A stretch of 59,136 bases of DNA. It comes from an uncultured Candidatus Saccharibacteria bacterium. Its GTDB lineage: Bacteria; Patescibacteriota; Minisyncoccia; Portnoybacterales; UBA2143. Location of the stretch: assembly GCA_964346955.1 (NCBI GenBank), contig CAYFWT010000021.1, positions 1 through 59,136 of the forward strand, written 5' to 3'. Position 1 is the first letter of the stretch. Each line of letters begins with the position of its first letter. A program made the translations under genes and the position numbers. The notes beneath the pieces were generated by a model, which saw only the letters and a program-made list of their open reading frames with translations, searched no databases and was not told where the DNA came from. Positions 52,624 through 59,136 of the stretch are shown here, piece after piece.

Positions 52624-53187
52624 CTATTTCTGCTCATTAGAGGATAGCCAATGGCTATCCTTTTGTTTTTTAAAAAATAATTTATTGCCTAGCCAACAAA
52701 AGAAAATACCAATAAGGGCGCCAGCTAAAATATCTGAAGGATAATGGAGGCCAACAAAAATTCTGGCTAGGCCAATCAAAAAGCTGGCTAAGAAAAATAA
52801 GAGGCCAGCTTTTTTGTTATAAAAATAAATGACCGTACTTAAGGCGAAGAAAAAAGCTCCGTGACCAGAAGGAAAAGAACCACTAGCTGAATGACTAATC
52901 AATTGATTAACTTGATTGCTTACAAAAGGACGCGGCCGATAATAAAGCCAACGAATTAATTCGGTAATAATTAGCCGGCTGAAAAGAGCTGCCCCTAACG
53001 ATAAACTAATTATTTTAATCGTTTTTTGATATCTCTCCTTTCTAAATAAAAAGTCCCAGATAAGCCAAGTCAGCAAAATACCAACCAAAAGATAACCCAG
53101 ATATTTAGCCAAAAAGATAGCTAAGATATCTAAATAGAGCCATTGACCTGCCCATTGATTTAAAAAATGGAATAAATAAAAATCCAT
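52624..53187 (-). CDS. PAP2-family phosphatase (undecaprenyl-diphosphatase-like)
   Basis: RPRP, SFPSGH and GLHYPSDILAGALIG motifs. Confidence 0.85.
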   Translation of the reverse strand: MDFYLFHFLNQWAGQWLYLDILAIFLAKYLGYLLVGILLTWLIWDFLFRKERYQKTIKIISLSLGAALFSRLIITELIRWLYYRPRPFVSNQVNQLISHSASGSFPSGHGAFFFALSTVIYFYNKKAGLLFFLASFLIGLARIFVGLHYPSDILAGALIGIFFCWLGNKLFFKKQKDSHWLSSNEQK

Positions 53188-53831
53188 TATCTAAGAAATT
53201 TTAAGAGTTCTTCTTTGCTAACTGGTCCTACCCGTAAAATTTTTGGCTGAGGGCCGGTTAAATCCAAAACAGTCGAAGGAGGACTAGCTGGTAATCGACC
53301 AGCCTCTAAGATTAAATCTGGCCTGGGGTAAGCCTTTTCAAAAATCTTAATCACTTCGGCTGAAGAAATTAAGGGAGGACCACCAGAGAAATTAGCTGAA
53401 GTGGTGGTAATTGGTTGTTTCAAGTTTTCCATCAAAATTTGGGTAAACCAACAATCAGGAACTCTTAGGCCAATGGTTTTTTTTCCAGCGGTTAGAATAT
53501 CTGGGACAATTGGCCTTTTTTCTAAAACCACGGTAATTGCTCCAGGCCAAGCTGCCTCTAAAACTCTCTCTATTTTTCTATCAACAAAAGCTAATTTTTT
53601 AGCCATTTCAATATCAGTAATCATTACAGGGACTGGTTTTGTTTCTGGCCGTTTTTTAATTCTAAAAAGCCGCTCAATACAATCAATTTTTAAGGCGTCA
53701 ACCCCTAAGCCATAAACTGTATCAGTAGGATAAACAATACTGCCGCCTCTTTGAATAATCGTCACCGCTTTCTGAATAATTTCGGGATCCAACTCCCTTT
53801 TATCAAATAAATTAACTTTAATAATTTCCAT
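53187..53831 (-). CDS. tsaC: L-threonylcarbamoyladenylate synthase (YrdC/Sua5/TsaC family)
   Basis: YPTDTVYGLGVDA and TSANFSG. Confidence 0.9.
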   Translation of the reverse strand: MEIIKVNLFDKRELDPEIIQKAVTIIQRGGSIVYPTDTVYGLGVDALKIDCIERLFRIKKRPETKPVPVMITDIEMAKKLAFVDRKIERVLEAAWPGAITVVLEKRPIVPDILTAGKKTIGLRVPDCWFTQILMENLKQPITTTSANFSGGPPLISSAEVIKIFEKAYPRPDLILEAGRLPASPPSTVLDLTGPQPKILRVGPVSKEELLKFLR

Positions 53832-53877
53832 TTATCTTTTCAAAAAACAAGAGTCAAGGCAAACAAAAACCGGCTTT

Positions 53878-56277
53878 TTATATCACTAAATTAATTAACC
53901 GATTAGGGATATAAATAACCTTTTTGGGTTGTTGATTACCTAACCATTTTTTAACTTTCTCTTGAGAGAGAGCCAGCTCTTTAATCTCTTTCTCCGAGGC
54001 GCTTTTTGAAACCTCTATTTTATCCCGCACCTTACCATTAATCTGGATGACCAGTTGCCAGGTCTCTTCTTCAATTAACTTCTCATCATATTGAGGCCAT
54101 TTTTCTAAAAAGATACTTTTGTGGTGACCAAATTTATCCCAAAGCTCCTCTGAAATATGAGGAGCAAAAGGAGCTAACAGCCGCAAGAAAATTTCTGCTT
54201 CACCCTTAGATAAGGCCCGCTTATCTTCTGCCCAATAATTGGAGAACTCCATAAAGGCAGCGATGGCCGTATTGAATTTCATTGATTCTAAATCATCACC
54301 AACCTTTTTAATCAACTGATGTAATTTAGATAATAATTCTTGGTCAGTCTTTTTACCTATCTTCTTTGACTGATTAAATAATTGCCAAACTCGATTAAGG
54401 AAGCGATAACAACCTTGGACTCCTTTGGTGCTCCAATTAATTGTTTGACCAAAGGGGCCCATAAACATTTCGTAAACTCGCAAGGTATCGGCACTATACT
54501 CTTTAATCACATCATCTGGAACAATAACATTATTAAAACTTTTGCTCATCTTACGACCATCCTCAGCTAAAACTACGCCGTGGGAATAGCGCCGTTGATA
54601 GGGTTCGGCAGTTGGCACTAATTTAAGGTCGTATAAAAACTTATGCCAAAAGCGAGAATAAAGTAAATGAAGAGTGGTATGTTCCATGCCTCCATTATAT
54701 AAATCAACTGGCAGCCAGTATTTTAATTTTTTAAAATCAGCAAATTTTTTATCATTATTAGGGTCAAGATATCTTAAAAAATACCAAGAGGAGCCAGCCC
54801 AGTTAGGCATGGTATCGGTTTCTCTTTGAGCTGGACTATTACATTGAGGGCATTTAACCTTAAGCCAGCTTTTAATCGCCGCCAAAGGTGACTGGCCAGT
54901 GTCAGTAGGCTGATATTTCTTCACATAGGGTAACTTCACTGGTAAATCTTTTTCTGGTACGGCGACCGCCCCACATTTTTCACAATGGATAATGGGAATT
55001 GGTTCACCCCAATAATGCTGCCTGGAAAATATCCAATCCCGCAGTTTATACTGAACTGTTCTTCGGCCACCCTTATTTTTAATCAACCAATCAGTAATTT
55101 TTTTAATGGCTTCACTAGATGACAAGCCGTTAAACTGGCCGGAATTAACCAATTTGCCATAATCAACATAAGCCTCTTTGGAAATATTGCCGCCGGCCAC
55201 TACTTCTCGAATCTCTAAGCCATATTTTTTAGCAAATTGATAATCCCGTTTATCATGAGCTGGCACAATCATGACTGCCCCACCACCGTAGGTGGCGATT
55301 ACATAATCACTGATCCAAATAGGTATTTTTTCTGAATTAATAGGGTTAAGACAATAAGAACCCAGAAAAACACCAGTTTTTTCTTTTTCTAATTGGGTTC
55401 TTTCAAATTCGCTCTTCTTTTTGGCGGCTAAAACATATTCTTGAACCTTTTTTTTATTTTCAGGAGTAGTCAATCTCTCTAATAAGGGATGCTCTGGGGC
55501 AATGACTAAAGCAGTCACTCCAAAAAGGGTATCAGTCCGAGTAGTAAAAACTCTGATAACGTCTTTTGAACCAACTACGGAAAAATCAATCTCTGTGCCA
55601 TAACTTCGACCAATCCAGTTAATCTGTTGGGTTTTGATTTTTTCTAAGTAATCAACCTTTTCTAAATCATCAATTAAGCGGTCGGCATATTCAGTAATCT
55701 TGAGTAGCCATTGTTTAAGTAATTTTTTTTCTGTTTGGGCACCACAGCGCTCGCATTTTCCAGCAATGACTTCCTCATTAGCTAAACCAATTTTACAGCT
55801 AGGGCACCAGTTAATGGGCATCTCAGCCTGATAAGCTAAGCCTTTTTTAAAAAATTGAAGAAAAATCCATTGACTCCATTTATAATATTTGGGGTCTGTA
55901 GTATTAATTTCTCTTGACCAATCAAAAGAAAGACCAAGAGAGTTCATCTGTTTTTTGAAAACCTTAATATTTGTTTCAGTAACTTTAGCAGGATGAATAC
56001 CAGTTCTAATAGCATAATTTTCCGTGGGCAAACCAAAAGCATCCCAGCCCATCGGGTAAAGAACATTGTAACCTTCCATTCTTTTTTTGCGGGTTAAAGC
56101 ATCGAGGGCAGTGTAACTTCTGACATGGCCAACATGGAGACCCTCACCCGAAGGATAGGGAAATTCCACCATAATATATTTCTTGGGCTTTTTAGAAAAA
56201 TCCTTGGCCTGATAAAGATTCTGTTTTTGCCATTTCTCTTGCCATTTTTTCTCTATTTTTTGGGGATGGTACTTCAT
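53878..56277 (-). CDS. leuS: leucine--tRNA ligase
   Basis: 799 aa with the HVGH (HIGH) motif, the KMSKS motif and a CP1 editing insertion. Confidence 0.95.
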   Translation of the reverse strand: MKYHPQKIEKKWQEKWQKQNLYQAKDFSKKPKKYIMVEFPYPSGEGLHVGHVRSYTALDALTRKKRMEGYNVLYPMGWDAFGLPTENYAIRTGIHPAKVTETNIKVFKKQMNSLGLSFDWSREINTTDPKYYKWSQWIFLQFFKKGLAYQAEMPINWCPSCKIGLANEEVIAGKCERCGAQTEKKLLKQWLLKITEYADRLIDDLEKVDYLEKIKTQQINWIGRSYGTEIDFSVVGSKDVIRVFTTRTDTLFGVTALVIAPEHPLLERLTTPENKKKVQEYVLAAKKKSEFERTQLEKEKTGVFLGSYCLNPINSEKIPIWISDYVIATYGGGAVMIVPAHDKRDYQFAKKYGLEIREVVAGGNISKEAYVDYGKLVNSGQFNGLSSSEAIKKITDWLIKNKGGRRTVQYKLRDWIFSRQHYWGEPIPIIHCEKCGAVAVPEKDLPVKLPYVKKYQPTDTGQSPLAAIKSWLKVKCPQCNSPAQRETDTMPNWAGSSWYFLRYLDPNNDKKFADFKKLKYWLPVDLYNGGMEHTTLHLLYSRFWHKFLYDLKLVPTAEPYQRRYSHGVVLAEDGRKMSKSFNNVIVPDDVIKEYSADTLRVYEMFMGPFGQTINWSTKGVQGCYRFLNRVWQLFNQSKKIGKKTDQELLSKLHQLIKKVGDDLESMKFNTAIAAFMEFSNYWAEDKRALSKGEAEIFLRLLAPFAPHISEELWDKFGHHKSIFLEKWPQYDEKLIEEETWQLVIQINGKVRDKIEVSKSASEKEIKELALSQEKVKKWLGNQQPKKVIYIPNRLINLVI

Positions 56278-56294
56278 AAATGAATTTTCAATTT

Positions 56295-57170
56295 TTAAAT
56301 ATTAAACAACTCTCGGGCATTTTTAGTTGTTTGTTTAGCTACTTCGCTAAATTTGACTTTTTTAAGCTGAGCGACTTTTTCTGCCACGTATTTAACATAG
56401 AGGGGCTCATTTCTTTCGTCCCGATGGGGGGCCGGGGTTAAATAAGGACAATCGGTTTCTAATAATATCTTCTCTAGAGGTAATTTTTCAATAACCTTAT
56501 CGTAGTCTCGAGCATAAGTAATCAACCCATTGAAACCAAAATAAAAATCCATTTCCAAAAGCTTTTCTGCCTGTGACCACCGCCCCATAAAACAATGAAC
56601 TACTCCTTTAAGTTGGGCGCTACCTGCTCCGGGGCAAGCAAAAGGACAACTAGCACAACCAGCGTTAAAGATAGTCAAAAGCCCTATCAAATCATCGTAA
56701 GCTTTACGACAATGGAAAATAATCGGCTTGCCTAATTGTTGAGCTAATTCCAACTGTTCTAATAAAACCCTTTTCTGCTTATCCTTTATCTCTTCGTTAA
56801 TTTCATCATTGTACTCCAAGCCGATTTCTCCCATGGCTACCACCTTAGGATTCTTTAATAAATTTTCGTATTTTTTTCTATCAAATTCTTCAAATTCCCT
56901 ATCTTCTTCTTGTTGAGCTGGTCCATGACCGTTTCTTTTAACATGGCTGGGATGCAAGCCGACTGCTGCATAAACACCTTGCTCATATTTTTTAGTATAT
57001 TGGACCGCTCGCCGACTACTACTATATTGAGCGCCCACATTAATTAGCCAAACGCCACTCTCAAGAGCCTGATTCATCACCTTGGGTCCATCCTTCTTAT
57101 AGGCACTGAAATTAACATGGGCATGGGTATCAACTAAAAGAGGCTTAGTCATAATCAAATGATAGCCCAT
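56295..57170 (-). CDS. tatD: TatD-family metal-dependent hydrolase/DNase
   Basis: DTHAHV, GEIGLEY, IFHCR and ETDCPYL. An ATG at 57152 is an alternative start. Confidence 0.85.
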   Translation of the reverse strand: MGYHLIMTKPLLVDTHAHVNFSAYKKDGPKVMNQALESGVWLINVGAQYSSSRRAVQYTKKYEQGVYAAVGLHPSHVKRNGHGPAQQEEDREFEEFDRKKYENLLKNPKVVAMGEIGLEYNDEINEEIKDKQKRVLLEQLELAQQLGKPIIFHCRKAYDDLIGLLTIFNAGCASCPFACPGAGSAQLKGVVHCFMGRWSQAEKLLEMDFYFGFNGLITYARDYDKVIEKLPLEKILLETDCPYLTPAPHRDERNEPLYVKYVAEKVAQLKKVKFSEVAKQTTKNARELFNI

Positions 57171-57248
57171 TCAAGGGCTATTTTCAAGTAGAAAAATGTG
57201 TTATAATATGTTATCCAAATAATATCAATAACCTAAAAGGAATTAATC

Positions 57249-57887
57249 ATGAGAAAAAGTGAAATAATTGTTTTGGGGATAATTCTACTTTCTTTTGCCA
57301 TTGGTATCTATTTTTATCCTCAAATGCCAGAGAGGGTGGCTTCTCATTGGAATGCTCAAGGACAAGTTGATGGTTATATGTCAAAATTTTGGGGCATTTT
57401 TTTGATGCCTTTTGTTTCTCTTGGTTTGTTATTGCTTTTCATTTTAATCCCCAAAATAGACCCTTTGAAAAAAAATATTGAAAAATTCAGAAAGTATTTT
57501 GACGGGTTTATTGTCCTAATAATTGTCTTTTTGTTTTATATTTATCTTTTAACTATTTCCTGGAATATTGGAATTAGATTCGATATGGGTCAATTTTTGA
57601 TACCGGCTTTGGGAATCCTCTTTTATTACGCGGGCATTTTAGTGGAAAATGCTAAAAGAAATTGGTTTATTGGTATTAGAACTCCTTGGACTTTAAGCAG
57701 TGAAAAAGTCTGGGATAAAACCCATAAAATTGGCGGCAAGCTATTTAAGATAGCTGGGATAATTGCTCTTTTGGGAATATTGTTTCAAAAATATGCCTTA
57801 TTTTTTGTTCTGGTACCTATCATTTCCGTGGCTATCTATACAATCGTCTATTCCTACTTTGAATATCAAAAAGAGACAAAAAAATAA
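57249..57887 (+). CDS. SdpI/YhfL-like membrane protein (DUF1648 + SdpI region)
   Basis: 212 aa, polytopic, with P.RVASHWNAQGQVDGYMSK and NWFIGIRTPWTL patterns. Confidence 0.6.
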   Translation: MRKSEIIVLGIILLSFAIGIYFYPQMPERVASHWNAQGQVDGYMSKFWGIFLMPFVSLGLLLLFILIPKIDPLKKNIEKFRKYFDGFIVLIIVFLFYIYLLTISWNIGIRFDMGQFLIPALGILFYYAGILVENAKRNWFIGIRTPWTLSSEKVWDKTHKIGGKLFKIAGIIALLGILFQKYALFFVLVPIISVAIYTIVYSYFEYQKETKK

Positions 57888-57911
57888 AAATCAGCCGAAG
57901 AGCTGGCTGAT
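57880..57911 (-). terminator. intrinsic terminator after metG
   Basis: Minus-strand stem atcagcc/ggctgat followed by a T-rich run. Confidence 0.5.
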
Positions 57912-57938
57912 AGACTGATTTATCACTACAGTTAAAGA

Positions 57939-59136
57939 CTACAACCGAGGGAATAAAGTCTCGGTTTTTTTGTTTTGCTTGATTTGAGCTAAAATTTTTT
58001 CTGAAGTAGTGGGTAAAAACGGCTCAAGTAAAGAAGCGATTTCTTTTAAGGAAATTAAAAGTTCTGATAAGACCTCTTTGAATTCAGTTTGGTTAGTGTT
58101 GATTAACTGCCAGGGCTTATTCTTTTCAATAAATTCATCGCAAAAACTAATTAGTTGCCAGACTGATTCGAGGGCCTCGTGGAATTTAATTTCCTCTAGA
58201 GCTTTTTGGTAATTATTTTGGGCTAATTTAATCTTTCCAACTAATTGGCCTTTGGGACGGGATTCTTCACTTAGGTTCAGCCTGACATTGGTTTTCTCTA
58301 ATAAAGTCAGGGCCCGACTAACTAAATTACCTAAGCCATTGGCCAAGTCAGCATTGTAGCGCTCTTCAAATCGCTTAATAGAAAAATCACCGTCTTCGGT
58401 GCTGGCAAATTCTCGCAAAAGATAATAGCGAACTGGATCAATACCATATTTTTTAACCAATTCAAAAGGGTCAACAATATTACCCAATGATTTGGATATT
58501 TTTTGTCCTTCAATAGTCAAATAGCCGTGGACGAATATCTTCTTGGGCAAAGGTAATTTGGCTGACAAAAGCATAGCTGGCCAGTAAATGGCGTGGAAGC
58601 GTAAAATACCCTTTCCAATACAATGCAAATCAGCCGGCCAATATTTTTGAAATTTCTCTGATTTATTTTTGGTATAATCTAAGGCAGTAAGATAGTTGGC
58701 CAAGGCATCAAACCAAACATACATAATTTGAGAAGAGTCATGGGGTACAGGCACCCCCCAACCTTCAGCCCGTTCGGCAGAGCGGGAAATACTAAAATCT
58801 TCTAAACCAGACCTAATAAAACTAAGGGTCTCGTTTTTTCTGCTTTGAGGAATTATTTTTAGTTGATCTGAGCTAATAATCTTTTCTAGCTTTTTTTGGT
58901 ATTTAGATAAACGGAAAAAATAATTTTCTTCTTCGACTAAATCTGGTTTGGTTTTGTGGTCAGGGCAAAGACCATTTTCCAGTTCTTTTTCCTTGTAAAA
59001 CATTTCACAGCCAACGCAATAAAGGCCTTGATATTTCTTTTTATAAATATCCTCCTGCTGACAAGCTAACCATAATTTTTGAGAGCCTTGAATATGTCTC
59101 TTTTCGGTGGTTCTAATAAATTCATCAAAAGATAAA
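57939..59136 (-). CDS. metG: methionine--tRNA ligase, C-terminal ~400 codons (5' end beyond window)
   Basis: The frame stays open upstream of the ORF-track Met. Own translation of 59136-59004 gives ...FIRTTEKRHIQGSQKLW...YQGLYCVGCEMFY. The KISKSLGN (KMSKS) motif is present. Confidence 0.9.
   Translation of the reverse strand, partial: LSFDEFIRTTEKRHIQGSQKLWLACQQEDIYKKKYQGLYCVGCEMFYKEKELENGLCPDHKTKPDLVEEENYFFRLSKYQKKLEKIISSDQLKIIPQSRKNETLSFIRSGLEDFSISRSAERAEGWGVPVPHDSSQIMYVWFDALANYLTALDYTKNKSEKFQKYWPADLHCIGKGILRFHAIYWPAMLLSAKLPLPKKIFVHGYLTIEGQKISKSLGNIVDPFELVKKYGIDPVRYYLLREFASTEDGDFSIKRFEERYNADLANGLGNLVSRALTLLEKTNVRLNLSEESRPKGQLVGKIKLAQNNYQKALEEIKFHEALESVWQLISFCDEFIEKNKPWQLINTNQTEFKEVLSELLISLKEIASLLEPFLPTTSEKILAQIKQNKKTETLFPRL

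Noticed and set aside
1-59136. Alternative genetic code (UGA recoding as in some CPR lineages)
   Set aside because: Long housekeeping ORFs are intact under the standard code and several end at TGA (for example 37228 and 50789), so recoding is not needed.

Overview
AT-rich bacterial chromosomal window (about 35-38% GC by eye), read with the standard bacterial code because TGA and TAG act as stops. It is densely packed with housekeeping genes. The gene content and the short protein forms resemble a reduced-genome Patescibacteria/CPR-like organism; that assignment is inference only. Genes seen: partial gyrA, rpsA, ftsH, rplS, infB-rbfA, htrA, rpmB, ndk, comEC, nrdD-nrdG, ftsA-ftsZ, ybeY, rpsU, an rtcB-archease RNA-repair operon, hisS, lepB, an LCP protein, pth, dprA, topA, relA/spoT, parAB, a type IV pilin, tsaC, leuS, tatD and partial metG. 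There are 14 tRNA genes in several clusters. I saw no rRNA, CRISPR array, transposase, integrase or prophage genes. Notable observations: (1) comEC is split exactly at an in-frame A_AAA_AAA run, so a -1 shift or an A8 tract would restore a full-length gene. (2) Two consensus TTGACA promoters each drive a long structured leader or RNA followed by a tiny protein gene (18.4 kb and 43.9 kb). (3) A 227-nt nested imperfect palindrome fills the gap upstream of pth. (4) A MITE-like ~120-130 nt element occurs twice in inverted orientation with an identical 69-nt core, and related GC-rich palindromic units occur elsewhere, including short in-frame traces inside two CDSs. (5) Degenerate tandem tracts with a 7-nt period occupy many intergenic spacers. 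(6) Visibly GC-richer accessory cassettes are present: an OmpA-like protein and a kinase between tRNAs, an orphan Cas4-like nuclease, a P-loop protein, the pilin and an AT-hook mini-protein. (7) Several tRNAs are unusual: tRNA-Ile(UAU), a tRNA-Leu with a compensatory 19:56 swap, a tRNA-Val with a 53:61 mismatch, and a tRNA-Ser whose terminal A is the A of the next gene's ATG. All functional calls come from reading motifs by eye; no database search was possible.
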